A DNA stretch of 64,000 nt from Treponemataceae bacterium (GCA_963678065.2 CAXXVZ010000003.1:320001-384000), one strand, 5' to 3'; numbered from the stretch's first letter, positions 1 to 11,014 are shown. Numbers and translations are program-made. The notes: generated from the letters alone by a model not told the origin.

Positions 1-462
1 CCCCCCCGGCGTCTCCGATCCCTGGACGGTTCCTGAGGCTGTCTCATTTTCGGGAGTGGGAGATGGGACGGGTTTCCGGAGGGCATCGGGGAGTGGTGCG
101 GGCTCCAGATGTTCTTCGGCGGCCTTTCGTGCGAAGACGTGCCCGCGCCCTGGCTTCGCTGAGACAATGTCAGGGCGGGGCGCGGTGACGGGAGCCACTG
201 TCTGTTCGGGCACAATGCCCCGGGAGGCCTTGTATTCCGCAATGAGGGGATCAGGGTCGATCTCGAGATACTCAGCGTAATTGCGCAGAAAACCGATGAT
301 GTACGGTTCGCCGTGGAAACCTGTATAGTCTCCGCTTTCGAGTCCGGAAAGATAAGCCGGGCCGATATTCGTGTCTTCGGCCACCCGCGCGAGGCTCAGT
401 TTCCTGTCCTCGCGGGTCTTCCGGAGTATCTCTCCGATGCCCGGCTTCAGGTCTTTGTCCAT
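1..462 (-). CDS. RodZ-like HTH (HTH_25) domain protein, runs off the window (3' partial)
   Basis: Not in the ORF track (no stop in window). Manual translation from ATG at 462: MDKDLKPGIGEILRKTREDRKLSLARVAEDTNIGPAYLSGLESGDYTGFHGEPYIIGFLRNYAEYLEIDP, which matches the RodZ N-terminal pattern (G..LR..RE..LSL..V...T.I...YL..LE.......Y..GFLRNYA.YL). Starts 5 nt after the lolA stop. Confidence 0.85.
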   Translation of the reverse strand, partial: MDKDLKPGIGEILRKTREDRKLSLARVAEDTNIGPAYLSGLESGDYTGFHGEPYIIGFLRNYAEYLEIDPDPLIAEYKASRGIVPEQTVAPVTAPRPDIVSAKPGRGHVFARKAAEEHLEPAPLPDALRKPVPSPTPENETASGTVQGSETPGG

Positions 463-467
463 AAAGT

Positions 468-1151
468 TCAGTTGTCCGATTTGAACAGGAAGTTGTTGTA
501 GACGTTGGCTGTCGCCGGCGTATCGTACATGAAGCGGTTCGCCGATATACCGACGTTCGTCTTGATGCCCGAAAAATTGAAGACAAGCTTTTCGTTGGCG
601 ATTGTCCAGCCCTCTATCCTGCGGATGAGCTTCGTTTCAGGGTTAACGGATAGCTTGATGGCCTTGAGTCCGTCGGAAACGTTCTTGCGCACGAGGGAGA
701 GCCTCTGTATCTGCTCGGAAGATCCCGGATCGAGGGGAACAGGTTCCGGGCTTGTTTCCCAGGCGATCGTGTAGCTGCGCTTCATCATTTTGAGCCCGTC
801 GCGGGACGCGAGTCCTGCTCCCGTGCTGCGGACGTCGCCTGAATCCTGGGAGAGCACCGCGTGGTACTGGGGAATGTAGACGAGGAGTCTCGTGCCATCA
901 TACACGATGACCTGCTCCGCCGGCTGGGAAAAGTCGATCCTGAGCAGGGAGGGCGCCTTGAAGGCTATGTTCCCGTACATGACCTGCTTTCCGGAATTTA
1001 TTGAGATCTGACCTTCGTAGTCATTGACCTGGGCGTAGCGATCCGATACCTGATTGAAGAATTGTTCGGCCGTCTGCATGTCCTGCGAGCCGAGGAGCGG
1101 CGCGGTCAGGGTCAGGAAGGCAAAAAAAACGGCGATCGTAGCTGTTTTCAC
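468..1151 (-). CDS. lolA: Outer-membrane lipoprotein carrier LolA family protein
   Basis: Signal peptide, then G.I.FKAPSLLRIDFSQPAEQVIVYDG..L.VY.P, the typical LolA pattern; 227 aa, GTG start. Confidence 0.8.
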   Translation of the reverse strand: MKTATIAVFFAFLTLTAPLLGSQDMQTAEQFFNQVSDRYAQVNDYEGQISINSGKQVMYGNIAFKAPSLLRIDFSQPAEQVIVYDGTRLLVYIPQYHAVLSQDSGDVRSTGAGLASRDGLKMMKRSYTIAWETSPEPVPLDPGSSEQIQRLSLVRKNVSDGLKAIKLSVNPETKLIRRIEGWTIANEKLVFNFSGIKTNVGISANRFMYDTPATANVYNNFLFKSDN

Positions 1152-1157
1152 GATTGA

Positions 1158-1186
1158 ATACTAACTTCGTCCGGTAAAAAAAACAA
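1158..1186 (-). promoter_or_regulatory. Putative sigma70 promoter of lolA (leaderless)
   Basis: Minus strand TTGTTT-N17-TAGTAT-N6-GTG; no Shine-Dalgarno before the start. Confidence 0.5.
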
Positions 1187-1234
1187 GGTCGAAAGGCATG
1201 GCGAGCCGGAAACCGCAGAACGTCGCGGAAGCGG

Positions 1235-1284
1235 AAAACAAAGCGGGAGAATGGTGGAATGATCCGCGGCATCCTCCCGCTTTT
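1235..1284 (-). terminator. Rho-independent terminator after pfp
   Basis: Inverted repeat AAAGCGGGAG (1240-1249)/CTCCCGCTTT (1274-1283); on the minus strand it ends in UUUGUUUU. Confidence 0.65.
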
Positions 1285-1292
1285 CGATACTT

Positions 1293-2963
1293 CTAGACCG
1301 TCGTTATCCTTTCAAGGGAGAGGGTCATTGTCGGGCTGTCCGTGAGAATCGCCGGGCCGAAGTACTGGATTCCGCCGGGTACGCGGAAATCGGACGAGAG
1401 TGCCCACTCGCCGCGCTTACCCGCGAACTCGAGGAAGGGCTTCCCGTCGAGCTCGACGAGGGCTTTGCGGATGACAGGCTTGTCCTGGCCATGCCTGCGC
1501 TCCATGTTCATGAGGCTGACGAGGGGAACGCCGCCTGAGATCCATTCGATCGCGGGGGCGACAAGGTTGCGGACCGAGGAGAGGTAGCCCGTGAGGCAGT
1601 TGGCCACGAGAGCGAAGGCGGTGTAACCGAGGGCGTAGCAGTAGTCGGCGTCGAAGTTCGAGGGAAAGGCGCAGCGGCCTTCATAGCCGAAGAAGTGGTT
1701 CTGCCAGTCGAACTTGCCGGCATAGGTGCCGGCCGCCGCCATCTCGGCCATGCGAGCCTTGACCATGGCGGCGAGGAGCTTCTCGGTCTCGATCCTGGAA
1801 ACCTGGACGTTTCCGTGGGGATCCCGGTCCCAACAGAGCTGGGCCTGGATTTCCGCGGGCAGGGATGCGTAAACGGCGGCGGATGCGGCGCCGAGGTTTG
1901 CACGGACAAAGTCCCTCTGGGCGGCGGAGTCGGGGAGGGCCTTGAACTCGGCTTCCTTGTGGGCCATGAGGTCGTTGAGCTCGGCGATGAGAACCTTGAA
2001 CTCGGGAACGAACTCGATGAGCCCTTCGGGAATGATGACGACGCCGAAGTTTTCGCCCTTCTGCGCGCGCGCGGCGACGGAGGCGGCGATCTGGGTCACG
2101 ATGGCGTCGAGACTCATCTTTTTTGCCTCGACTTCCTCCGAGATGAGGGCGACGTTCGGGTGGCACTGCAGGGCGACTTCGAGGGCAATGTGGGAGGCGG
2201 AGCGCCCCATCAGCTTGACGAAGTGCCAGTACTTGCGGCCCGAGGCTGAGTCGCGCTCGATGTTGCCGACGAGTTCGGAGTAGAGTTTGGCGGCGGTGTC
2301 GAAGCCGAATGAGGTCTCTATCTGCTCGCTCTTGAGGTCGCCGTCGATGGTCTTGGGAACGCCGACGACGCAGATGGGGGCCTTCCGGGCGGCGAAGTAC
2401 TCGGCGAGGAGGGCGGCGTTGGTGTTGGAGTCGTCTCCGCCGACCACGACGACGGCGTCGAGGCCGCGGCGCATGGCTGTCTGGTAGGCCTTGTCGAACT
2501 GCTCCGGGGTCTCGATCTTAGTGCGTCCCGAGCCGATGAGGTCGAAGCCGCCGGTGTTGCGGTAGCGGTCCACGAGTTCGGCATCGATGTCCATGCATCT
2601 GTCGTCGACGAGTCCGCCGGGACCGCCGCGGAATCCGTAGAGTCTGGAGGCGGGGTTCCCGGCGATGAGTCCGTCATAGAGGCCTGCGATGACGTTGTGA
2701 CCGCCGGGCGCGGGGCCTCCGGAGAGAATGACTCCCACGGTGAGGGGGCGGTTCATGGCGGAGTTGTCCGCGTCCCCGGGAACGAAGGTGATGGAGGGAA
2801 GGCCGTAAGTGGCGGGGAAGGTGGCCTTGAGCTTGTCCTTGTCGGTATCGGGCTCGGCCACCGCACCGCGGCTGGCGGAGATTCGTGCAGCGCTTGCGCG
2901 CAACACGGAAGGAAGTTTCGGTGCGTAGGCGTAGCGTGCGTTCTGTAAGGTGGAAGAGTTCAT
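1293..2963 (-). CDS. pfp: Pyrophosphate-dependent phosphofructokinase (long type)
   Basis: [16 protein letters not shown] (Asp diagnostic of PPi donor), PKTIDGD and MGR motifs. Start moved to ATG 2963, which follows GGAGAGAGG. Confidence 0.93.
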   Translation of the reverse strand: MNSSTLQNARYAYAPKLPSVLRASAARISASRGAVAEPDTDKDKLKATFPATYGLPSITFVPGDADNSAMNRPLTVGVILSGGPAPGGHNVIAGLYDGLIAGNPASRLYGFRGGPGGLVDDRCMDIDAELVDRYRNTGGFDLIGSGRTKIETPEQFDKAYQTAMRRGLDAVVVVGGDDSNTNAALLAEYFAARKAPICVVGVPKTIDGDLKSEQIETSFGFDTAAKLYSELVGNIERDSASGRKYWHFVKLMGRSASHIALEVALQCHPNVALISEEVEAKKMSLDAIVTQIAASVAARAQKGENFGVVIIPEGLIEFVPEFKVLIAELNDLMAHKEAEFKALPDSAAQRDFVRANLGAASAAVYASLPAEIQAQLCWDRDPHGNVQVSRIETEKLLAAMVKARMAEMAAAGTYAGKFDWQNHFFGYEGRCAFPSNFDADYCYALGYTAFALVANCLTGYLSSVRNLVAPAIEWISGGVPLVSLMNMERRHGQDKPVIRKALVELDGKPFLEFAGKRGEWALSSDFRVPGGIQYFGPAILTDSPTMTLSLERITTV

Positions 2964-3138
2964 TTCCTCTCTCCTGTCGTGAATATTCATACGGAATCTA
3001 TACGAAAAGAACGAAAAAGAATAGCCCGCTGCGGCGGGCCGGGATACAGGATCGGCCGAGCGCGTGAACGCCGTCGTTGCGTCCTGACGGAGCCTTTGCC
3101 GAGGTTGACCTCAATATTCATGGAAAGGTAGACTGACC

Positions 3139-4020
3139 ATGATGAAAAACCGCACCATGGTCGTGGCTTTCAACGCCGTCGTCGGCTTCTCGTTTTTTTT
3201 CCTTTTTATCCTTCCTCTCTTGCTTTTCGGTCCCGGGTACGCAGCCTCCTGGTGGCTCGCCTCTCTTCCTGCCTTTTTTATTTTTTCCGTTGTCCTCGTG
3301 ATCATAAATCTCGTGCTCCATGCAAACGGTGTCATGTACGCAAAAATAGAGGCGCAGGACTGGAAGGGGCTTGTGGAGTGGCTTCTGCCCCGCATCATCC
3401 GGCCGAAGGGCAGGATAAGCCGCAGTCCCATGGCGCCGGTGAGAGTGAGGTTGTACGTCGACGCGTGCATTCTCCTGGGCGATCACGACCGCATCCACGA
3501 ACTGGAGGACCGGCTCGCAGGCGCAGGCAGTCCTCTCCTCGCTTCCCAGGCTCTCGCCTTCGGCCTCTCCCGCTTTGTCAGAAATCGTGTCGACGAGGCC
3601 GCAGACTTTTTTGAGCGCTATCTTGACAGCGCGAAGACCGAGAGCAGGGACTGGCTCCGATTCGCTTACGGCTTCTGTCGGGTGCTGCAGGGGCGCTTCG
3701 ACGATTCGGTGCCCTATCTCAAGGAGGCTGCTCTGTCGGCCGATGCGGTGCTGGCCATGATAGGCGGGTATCTTTTGTCCTCTCTCCAGGCCCTCGTGGC
3801 AAAAAATGGCCATAGCGACGAACTCGCCGACCTGGCCCGGTCCGCCCGCGAGCGGATCTTGCGATCTTTTCCCGGAAAGAAGCTGGACGCCGAGTGTGAG
3901 CGCGCCGCCGGAGAGCTCCATGTCGTTTTCTTCGGAAAGATTCTGGATGACGCGAAAGCCTGGCTCGTCGACAAAACGCTAAATGCCGACCTCGATTCGG
4001 CCGATAAACCTAGCAGATGA
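3139..4020 (+). CDS. Hypothetical membrane-anchored protein with TPR-like helical C-terminus
   Basis: Two N-terminal hydrophobic helices, then helical repeats (EAADFFERYL, FDDSVPYLKEA); ATGA overlap with the next gene. Confidence 0.65.
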   Translation: MMKNRTMVVAFNAVVGFSFFFLFILPLLLFGPGYAASWWLASLPAFFIFSVVLVIINLVLHANGVMYAKIEAQDWKGLVEWLLPRIIRPKGRISRSPMAPVRVRLYVDACILLGDHDRIHELEDRLAGAGSPLLASQALAFGLSRFVRNRVDEAADFFERYLDSAKTESRDWLRFAYGFCRVLQGRFDDSVPYLKEAALSADAVLAMIGGYLLSSLQALVAKNGHSDELADLARSARERILRSFPGKKLDAECERAAGELHVVFFGKILDDAKAWLVDKTLNADLDSADKPSR

Positions 4021-5090
4021 AGCTCCATCTTCTACCCGCCGCGGTCCTTGCCGCCGCTTTTGTTTTCGCTGCTGCGGCCTCTGCCTTTGCGGCCGACCCC
4101 ATTTACCACGAACTCAGGAAAGGTGATACGCTGTTCAGCATCGCCCGTAAGTACGTTATTCCCTATGAGGCCCTCGCGGCAGCCAACGGCATCGACGACC
4201 CCACGAGGCTCAGGATCGGTGAGAAGCTCGTCATTCCGGAACTCTACAAGGTCGAAGCGGGCGATTCCCTCTCCGGAATAGCCAAGGCATACGGTATAAC
4301 CACCGATGTGCTGCGCAAGACGAACAAGCTGGGCGGCCAATCCGTACTCCAGCCTGGAGACATACTCGTCATTCCGGCTTCGCGCTTTGTGCCGGGTGCG
4401 CCCAAAGTCAAGGCGCCTCTGGATCCCCCGACTTCCACGACCGCGACCTCCACGACGGTCAAGCCAGCAGCATCGTCAACCTCGACCATGACAAAATCGC
4501 CCTCTGCCGCATCCACCACCACAGCCAAGCCTGTTCCCGCGCCTACCGTCACGACAGCGGCCAAGCCCCTCCCTCTCCCTACGTCGACCACGGAAAAAAC
4601 TTTTTCCCCGTCCTCCACGACAGCGACCTCTGTGCGTCCCACGACGACGCTCCAGCAGCCACAGATGCCTGTCACCTCGTCGCTCACCCTCCCGCCGGAG
4701 GTCCCCGCCATCAGGACGGCCGCTCGTCCCGTGGACCGCAAGCTTGCCTGGCCATGCCCCGGTGAATACATGTACCTCGATGGCAAACTTGAGGGAATCA
4801 TGGTCAGAACCCTGCCAGGCGAAGCCGCAAAAGCCGTGGCGAACGGGATGGTGGTTTCGGCCGGCCCCGCGCGCGGATTCGGCCTCGTGGCTTTCGTCCA
4901 ATCCGCATCCGGATACATCTACGTCTACGGAGGCAACGAAAAACTTTCTGTCGCAGTGGGGGAATCCGTGAAGTCCGGACAGGAGATCGGGACAATCGGC
5001 GTCGATGCCAAGGATGGAGGCCCTGTCGCCTATTTCATAGTATTCAGGGACGGGACTTCGATCGATCCGGCGCGGGCTCCAAGGGACTGA
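4017..5090 (+). CDS. LysM x2 / M23-fold protein (NlpD-like, probably catalytically inactive)
   Basis: Signal peptide, two LysM repeats ([32 protein letters not shown]), Thr/Ser/Pro linker and C-terminal M23 fold (WPCPG...VKSGQEIG...IDP) without the HxxxD/HxH zinc ligands. Confidence 0.85.
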   Translation: MKLHLLPAAVLAAAFVFAAAASAFAADPIYHELRKGDTLFSIARKYVIPYEALAAANGIDDPTRLRIGEKLVIPELYKVEAGDSLSGIAKAYGITTDVLRKTNKLGGQSVLQPGDILVIPASRFVPGAPKVKAPLDPPTSTTATSTTVKPAASSTSTMTKSPSAASTTTAKPVPAPTVTTAAKPLPLPTSTTEKTFSPSSTTATSVRPTTTLQQPQMPVTSSLTLPPEVPAIRTAARPVDRKLAWPCPGEYMYLDGKLEGIMVRTLPGEAAKAVANGMVVSAGPARGFGLVAFVQSASGYIYVYGGNEKLSVAVGESVKSGQEIGTIGVDAKDGGPVAYFIVFRDGTSIDPARAPRD

Positions 5091-5092
5091 AA

Positions 5093-6121
5093 ATGTCAGA
5101 CAAACCCTTGCCCGGCCAGGTCCCTCCAAGGCGGAAAACATCTGCGGCGGATACTGAAGTGGCAAGGCGAGTCGACGAGGAGTTCATTCCCGAAAGCGAT
5201 ACTCTGGCTGTGTATCTGAAACAGATATCGCGCTTCCCTCTTCTCGGCCAGGATGAGGAGAAAAGAATCGGGGAAATGATGAAAGCCGCCCGTTCGGCGA
5301 TCGAAGAGTACGATAGGCTCCACGCGCAACCACGCGCGGAAGAAGAGGGTCAGGAAATCCAGGAGGACAGCGAGCGGAAGAAGCTCACGGATCATTTCCT
5401 CGAAATCAAGAACCGGATGGTGTCCTCAAACTTACGACTCGTCGTCTCGATAGCCAAGAATTACCAGCACAGGGGATTGTCCCTTCTCGATCTGATCGAC
5501 GAAGGCAATATCGGTCTCATCGAGGCAGTCGAACGGTTCGACTACAACAGAGGCTGCAGGTTCTCCACCTATGGGACCTGGTGGATCAGGCAGGCCATCA
5601 TCAAGAGTCTGGCGGACAAGGGCAGAGTCATCCGCATCCCCATCCACATGCTCAATACAATCAAAAAGTGTTATTTCATGGCCAAACAGCTCACTCAGGA
5701 CTTAGGACGCGATCCGAGACCCGAGGAACTCGCCGAGAAACTCGGCATCGACGCCTCGCGGGTCAAGGAGATCATGAAGCTCTCCGACGAGCCCGCGAGC
5801 CTCGATTCGACGGTGGACGACGACAATGTGACGCATCTCTCCGATCTGATAAGCACAAGTGGTTTCTCGGAACCCTTCGAGGAGGTCTTTTCGGCGACTC
5901 TGCAGGAGACGATCCGGAATGTCCTCACGAACCTCTCGACCCGCGAGATGAAGATTATCCAGCTGCGCTTCGGACTCGGAGGCGAGGGGCCGCGTACCCT
6001 TGAAGAGACTGGAAAACTGCTCGGCATCACGCGGGAACGCGTGAGACAGATCCAGGAAAAGGCCCTCGCCAAACTGAAACTCATCCCAGAGCTCTCCGAC
6101 TTCCACGACGACGGGATCTGA
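5093..6121 (+). CDS. RNA polymerase sigma-70 family factor, group 2-like (no region 1.1)
   Basis: Region 1.2 [11 protein letters not shown], region 2 [10 protein letters not shown]...[10 protein letters not shown]...[14 protein letters not shown], region 4 [25 protein letters not shown]. Confidence 0.92.
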   Translation: MSDKPLPGQVPPRRKTSAADTEVARRVDEEFIPESDTLAVYLKQISRFPLLGQDEEKRIGEMMKAARSAIEEYDRLHAQPRAEEEGQEIQEDSERKKLTDHFLEIKNRMVSSNLRLVVSIAKNYQHRGLSLLDLIDEGNIGLIEAVERFDYNRGCRFSTYGTWWIRQAIIKSLADKGRVIRIPIHMLNTIKKCYFMAKQLTQDLGRDPRPEELAEKLGIDASRVKEIMKLSDEPASLDSTVDDDNVTHLSDLISTSGFSEPFEEVFSATLQETIRNVLTNLSTREMKIIQLRFGLGGEGPRTLEETGKLLGITRERVRQIQEKALAKLKLIPELSDFHDDGI

Positions 6122-6176
6122 GTTTCCCTCATTCATCATTCAGCCCATCCCTCATTGAACTCGGCCGGTATCCGAC

Positions 6177-6215
6177 AAAAAAGAAAGGCCGCGCGTGTGC
6201 AACGCGCGGCCTTTC
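6177..6215 (-). terminator. Rho-independent terminator after the ankyrin gene
   Basis: 14-bp perfect stem GAAAGGCCGCGCGT (6183-6196)/ACGCGCGGCCTTTC (6202-6215), followed on the minus strand by a U6 tract. Confidence 0.75.
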
Positions 6216-6232
6216 CGGTCTGGAAGGGTGAC

Positions 6233-9043
6233 CTATTTTACCGCGAGAATTTCCGCGAGCGCGCGATTTTCGCGCTTTACCGCCAGTCCGGCGGCTGTCT
6301 CGCCGGCGATATTCTTCTGCGAGGGGTCGGCCCCCAGTTCGAGAAGAACCTTGGCCGCTTCGGTGTTTCCGGCCATGGCGGCGTAGTGAAGAAGGCTGTT
6401 CCCGAGGGAGTCGCTGATTTTGATGCCCGGTCCATCTTTGGTTTTGCCGGCCGCCGTCACGATCATCCTGATAGCGTCCGGACCCATGCCGATGGCTATC
6501 GCCGCCGGACTCACGTTTTCCGCGTTGGGTGCAAACAGATCCGACCCGGCCTGTATGAGTCTGACAGCCGAGGTCAGGTCCTTCCGTTTGAGTGCGGCGT
6601 AGAGAGGAGTCTCCGAATGCCGGTCGCGGATATCGGTCAGGGCTCCTGCGGCGAGGGCTGTTTCGATGTGTTCGACGGACATTCCGTAGTCCACAATGAC
6701 TCGCAGCGCCGTTTTTCCCTCGGAATCGGTTCTGTTGGCGCTGGCGGGGCTCAGAAGTTCGCGCAGTTGCGCCGTTCCCTTGCGGAAGGACTCGGTGAGC
6801 GGAGATTCTCCCGCTCCATTGCGGGCAAAGATGTCCGCACCGGCAGCGACGAATATTCTGAGGAGTTCGAGGTTGCCGGATTCGACGGAGATGTATAGCG
6901 GAGTCTTGCCCGAAAGATCCCGGGCGTCGATCTCGGCTTTGGCCGCCAGAAGGGTCTTGGCAAGTTCTCCCGCCGAGCCGGAAGCCGCCACGGAGAGGGG
7001 AGTCTGGCCGCGCGAGTCGCGTGGATCGATCGACGCCCCGTGATCGAGAAGGTAACGGAGGGCCGCACCGTTGCGCTTGCGGACAGCCTGGTGCAGGGGG
7101 GTCTCTCCTGCGAAGTTTCTGATATCTGGATTGGCTCCGGCGAGGATGAGGACCTTCATGCACTCGTCCGAGTTCCAGAGCACGGAGGTGTTGAGGGGAG
7201 CGTCGCCCATAGAGTCGCGGTCCGTGGTCTTCGCTCCGAGCGAGAGGAGAACGCGGGCGGCCTCGGCTCCGTCGACGCGGACTGCGGAGTGGAGGGGGGT
7301 CTCGTTGGCGCCGTTGATGGCGGAGAGGAGTTTCGGCTCCTTGCCCGCGAGAAAGAGGATGCCGGCGCTGAGGTTGCGGCGGGCGGCGTAGTGGAGGGGA
7401 CTGTCTCCGTTGGCGTCGCGGGACGCGAGGATGGCGGGAGTGAAGAGCCACTCGAGGGGACCGTCTTTGTGCTCGAGCCCGAGTATGAGGGGCGATTCGC
7501 CGCGAGTATTCATGCTGAAGATATCCGCTTTCGCGCCGAGGAGTATGCTGCCCTGGGACTCGAGGTTGCGCCGGACCGCGACATGCAGCGCCGTGTCGCC
7601 TGAGTTGTTCCGGAGGTTCGGATCGGCGCCTTTGGAGAGGAGGAGGGAGATGACCTCATCCGAGCCTTCGAGGCCGACGGCGGTGGCCAACACTCCGTTC
7701 CCGAGGTTGTCGCGTTGGGCGACGTTGGTCTTGGTGACGACCGCATCCACAGCCTGTGTTCCCGACGCCACGGCGAGGGAGAGCGCGCTCTCCTGCTTCA
7801 GGTTCTGGAGGAAAAGGTCGGCTCCGTTTTCTATGAGGGGAGGGGCAAACTCGAGGTGTCCCGAGCGGACGGCGAGGATGAGGGGCGTATCGCCCGCGGA
7901 ATTCGCGGAGTTGGCGCTCGCGCCGGCAGCCACGAGGGTGCTGAGGATCTCCGTGGGGTATCCGTTCTGGACGGCGATGTGGAGGGGAGTGTTTCCTCCG
8001 TTGTCCTTGAGTGTCGGGTCGGCCTTGTATTTGAGGAGGAGTTTCGTTCCCGAAAGCATGATCGCCTCCGGCATGGCTATGTGGAGAGGCGTTCCGTTCT
8101 CGGCGTTCCTGACGTTGGGATCTGCGCCGCCTGCGAGAAGGAGCCCCGCACCTTCGAGCCACCCCATCTTGATCGCCTCATGGAGGGGGGCATTCCCCAG
8201 CCGATTGCGCACATTGAGCGCGACCCGCCGGTCGAGGAGGAATATGACGAAGCCCTTCTGTTTCCGCATTACGGCTTCGTGGAGCGGCGTATTGTCGTCC
8301 TCGTACCTGACCGAGCTGTAGTCCATCGCGCGCACGGCCTTCACGAACCAGGCGAATTCGGGGAAGCTCTGGTTGGCTCCGCGCTGGATGAGTCTCTCGG
8401 CGATGTTGGCGGCTTCAACCCTGTCGGGATAGAGGAGGACGAGATCGAGAGGAGTCCTTCCCGCCTTGTCGCGGATCTGAGCCTGAGCTCCGAGGTCGAG
8501 AAGTTTGTAGACGACATCCTTGAGAAGCCTGTCGGCCGCGATGTGGAGCCCCGTGCGGCCATCGATGCCGCTCGCGTTGATGTTTTTGGGGGTAAACACC
8601 GCGGGTATCATGTCACCGCCGGCCATGAGCACGGCCTCGGCAGCTGTGGCTCCCGAAGCGTCGGCGAGGAAGGGGTTCGCTCCCCTCTCGACGAGCAGCT
8701 TGACCGTGTCGACGAGTCCCCTGTCGACGGCGTACCTGAGAGGCGTCTTGCCCGCCGGGTCCTGGACATCGACTTTGGCTCCGAGGACGATGAGGATTTC
8801 GACAATCTGGGTATTGCCCCTTGTGACGGCGTAATGGAGGGGATAGAGGCCCTGACTGTCCTTCTGGTTGAGCTGTTCCTGATTGGAGTAGAATTTTTTT
8901 ATTCCCTCGAGATCGCCTCGCATGACGTAGTCGGTCAGGGATTGGGCGGTGGTCGCCGGTGTGCTGGTGCAGGAAGCCAGACCGGCGAGGGCGATGATGG
9001 CGGCACATGTGGCTGGCAGTATTCGTTTGTGGATGCGCTTCAT
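6233..9043 (-). CDS. Large ankyrin-repeat lipoprotein
   Basis: Lipobox LASC after a basic/hydrophobic signal; about 20 or more G-x-TPLH-x-A ankyrin repeats over 936 aa. Confidence 0.9.
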   Translation of the reverse strand: MKRIHKRILPATCAAIIALAGLASCTSTPATTAQSLTDYVMRGDLEGIKKFYSNQEQLNQKDSQGLYPLHYAVTRGNTQIVEILIVLGAKVDVQDPAGKTPLRYAVDRGLVDTVKLLVERGANPFLADASGATAAEAVLMAGGDMIPAVFTPKNINASGIDGRTGLHIAADRLLKDVVYKLLDLGAQAQIRDKAGRTPLDLVLLYPDRVEAANIAERLIQRGANQSFPEFAWFVKAVRAMDYSSVRYEDDNTPLHEAVMRKQKGFVIFLLDRRVALNVRNRLGNAPLHEAIKMGWLEGAGLLLAGGADPNVRNAENGTPLHIAMPEAIMLSGTKLLLKYKADPTLKDNGGNTPLHIAVQNGYPTEILSTLVAAGASANSANSAGDTPLILAVRSGHLEFAPPLIENGADLFLQNLKQESALSLAVASGTQAVDAVVTKTNVAQRDNLGNGVLATAVGLEGSDEVISLLLSKGADPNLRNNSGDTALHVAVRRNLESQGSILLGAKADIFSMNTRGESPLILGLEHKDGPLEWLFTPAILASRDANGDSPLHYAARRNLSAGILFLAGKEPKLLSAINGANETPLHSAVRVDGAEAARVLLSLGAKTTDRDSMGDAPLNTSVLWNSDECMKVLILAGANPDIRNFAGETPLHQAVRKRNGAALRYLLDHGASIDPRDSRGQTPLSVAASGSAGELAKTLLAAKAEIDARDLSGKTPLYISVESGNLELLRIFVAAGADIFARNGAGESPLTESFRKGTAQLRELLSPASANRTDSEGKTALRVIVDYGMSVEHIETALAAGALTDIRDRHSETPLYAALKRKDLTSAVRLIQAGSDLFAPNAENVSPAAIAIGMGPDAIRMIVTAAGKTKDGPGIKISDSLGNSLLHYAAMAGNTEAAKVLLELGADPSQKNIAGETAAGLAVKRENRALAEILAVK

Positions 9044-9193
9044 TGCGGAAGACTCCTTGGCGCTAGGCGGTATGTCCTTCCCATTATCGGCCTGAAACCG
9101 AGTCCGGCAAAGGACACTACACTATATATATCACGGTTTGTGACCTTCCGGTATGCGTGTTCACGATGTCTTCAAAGGGAGCCGACGTACGGG

Positions 9194-11014
9194 CTATGTA
9201 TTGAAGAGTTCCTCGGGGATTTCGACGAGCATGTGGCGGAAATCCGCGTAGATGCTCATGAGGTCGTAAACTCTGTCGAAGGGCATGGTTTCCTTGTCGA
9301 AGGCGACGAAGGGCAGCTGCTCCGCGAGTCTGTCGGCGTTGAATCCGGCTTTTCCGGAGAGGACGAGGAGGGTCTCGAGATCCTGAGCCTCTTCCATGGC
9401 GCGGTAGGCGAGGGAGGGGTTGCGGGTTGCGAAGAAGAGTCTTGTCTGGTATCCGGGCTGGGGATCGAGCGAGAAAAAGTGTGAGAGTTCGTAGTAGTGG
9501 TCCGCGAAGGTGAAGGCGTCCCTGACTCGGGAGGAGAGTTTTTCCGAGGGTATTCTTGTGTCCGAGAACAGGACGATCTGATAGAGCGTGAAGGGATTGT
9601 CCCTCCTGAGATCCTTTGCGGTGCGCACAAGCCTCGCGAGGGTTTCGGGATCGTCGGCGTCGGCCAGGATGGTGACCGAATTGGCGAGGTGCGAAGGATT
9701 GAGGCGCATCCAGTCGATGTTCTCTCCCTTGCGCGCGTCGATGAAGGCGTGAAAACCATGTTCTTCCGGCTTGAAGTGGGGCGCTGGCGGAGAGGCCCAC
9801 TCGACGTCGAAGCTTTCCTCGAAGGCCGCCACCGCGTCGGCCATGTCGTCCTGGGATATCCAGTCGGTGCTCGTTACCCAGTAGGGCGGCTTCTCCATGC
9901 GCGCCATGCCCCAGTCGTCGGCCTTGGCCCTCACATCGGTGCCGGGAAGGAGAGAGAGGGGGTAGAGCTCGGCTTCCTGTCCGAGACCGTGCATACCCAG
10001 GAAATCAAAGGTCTCGATGACGTTTTCGTAGGCGTCAAAGGGCAGGCCGAGTATGAGGCCGGTTTTGACAACGATGCGGTTGCGGTCCATTATTTCCGCG
10101 CCACGCTCGAAAGCGGCCCGTTCCCACCCGCGGTTTACAGCCTTGAGGGCTGCGGGATTCACGCTCTGCAACCCCACTTCGGCAGATATCAGCCCTGCTG
10201 CGGAGTACAGCCTCCCGGTCTCCTCCGTGACGGATTCGAGTCGGAGTTCGGCGTGGATGGCAAGCCCTGCGCTGTTGGCCCGGGCGAGGGCGACGAGTCT
10301 GTCGGCGAGGCCTTCCGTGGCCTGGAATGAAGGATCCATGAGGTAGAGTTCTCGCGCGCCCGCGAGACCCGCCATCTCCGTGACTTTCGTCGCGACATCG
10401 GGCGGAAATCTTCTGAGATCTCCGTAATTCTTTCCATAATAGCAATATCCGCATTTCGCGGGACAGCCGCGCATGGTTTCGAGGTGAACCGGCCTGTCGG
10501 ACAGAATGGGCAGCGTGCCAGCGAGATAAGGGTTCGGAAGCGTCGCGAGATCGAGGAGCTGTGTGGCCCGGTAGAGCCGCGAGAGGGGAAGATGGCGCCT
10601 GACATCCTCGAGGATCTGGACGAAGGACAATTCGCCTTCTCCCTCGACGAGGCTGTGGAAGGGCGAGCGATCCGTGATGGGCATGCCCTTGACGACCTCG
10701 GGCCCCCCGCCGATGAAACGAGTGCGGGGACAGAGGGCAGAGGCGCGGGCGACGATGTACTGGCTGCGCTCCAGGTTCCATGCATAAAGGCTGAAGCAGC
10801 AGAGTTCGGCTTCCTCGTGGACAATAGCCTCGATGATTGCGGTGTCGGAGCCGTAGTCCATTATGGAGGAGTCGAGAATCCTCCATTCGTCGCGGGCGAG
10901 CTGCCCCTTGGATTCAGCGTAGGCGGCCAAGTATCCAGCGGCGAGAGGAATGTTCGCGTGTCCCGAATCCCAGCCCGGTTCCTGAACCGGCAACTGTACG
11001 AATAGTAGTTTCAT
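9194..11014 (-). CDS. B12-binding-domain radical SAM protein
   Basis: N-terminal cobalamin-binding-like domain (PLAAGYLAAY...FSLYAWN...GGPEV...GEGE), then ETMRGCPAKCGYCYY (CxxxCxxC); ATGA overlap with aat. Confidence 0.85.
   Translation of the reverse strand: MKLLFVQLPVQEPGWDSGHANIPLAAGYLAAYAESKGQLARDEWRILDSSIMDYGSDTAIIEAIVHEEAELCCFSLYAWNLERSQYIVARASALCPRTRFIGGGPEVVKGMPITDRSPFHSLVEGEGELSFVQILEDVRRHLPLSRLYRATQLLDLATLPNPYLAGTLPILSDRPVHLETMRGCPAKCGYCYYGKNYGDLRRFPPDVATKVTEMAGLAGARELYLMDPSFQATEGLADRLVALARANSAGLAIHAELRLESVTEETGRLYSAAGLISAEVGLQSVNPAALKAVNRGWERAAFERGAEIMDRNRIVVKTGLILGLPFDAYENVIETFDFLGMHGLGQEAELYPLSLLPGTDVRAKADDWGMARMEKPPYWVTSTDWISQDDMADAVAAFEESFDVEWASPPAPHFKPEEHGFHAFIDARKGENIDWMRLNPSHLANSVTILADADDPETLARLVRTAKDLRRDNPFTLYQIVLFSDTRIPSEKLSSRVRDAFTFADHYYELSHFFSLDPQPGYQTRLFFATRNPSLAYRAMEEAQDLETLLVLSGKAGFNADRLAEQLPFVAFDKETMPFDRVYDLMSIYADFRHMLVEIPEELFNT

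Noticed and set aside
4430..4700. ACC/ACG-rich quasi-repeats
   Set aside because: They encode the Thr/Ser/Pro linker of the LysM protein; not a DNA repeat array or CRISPR.
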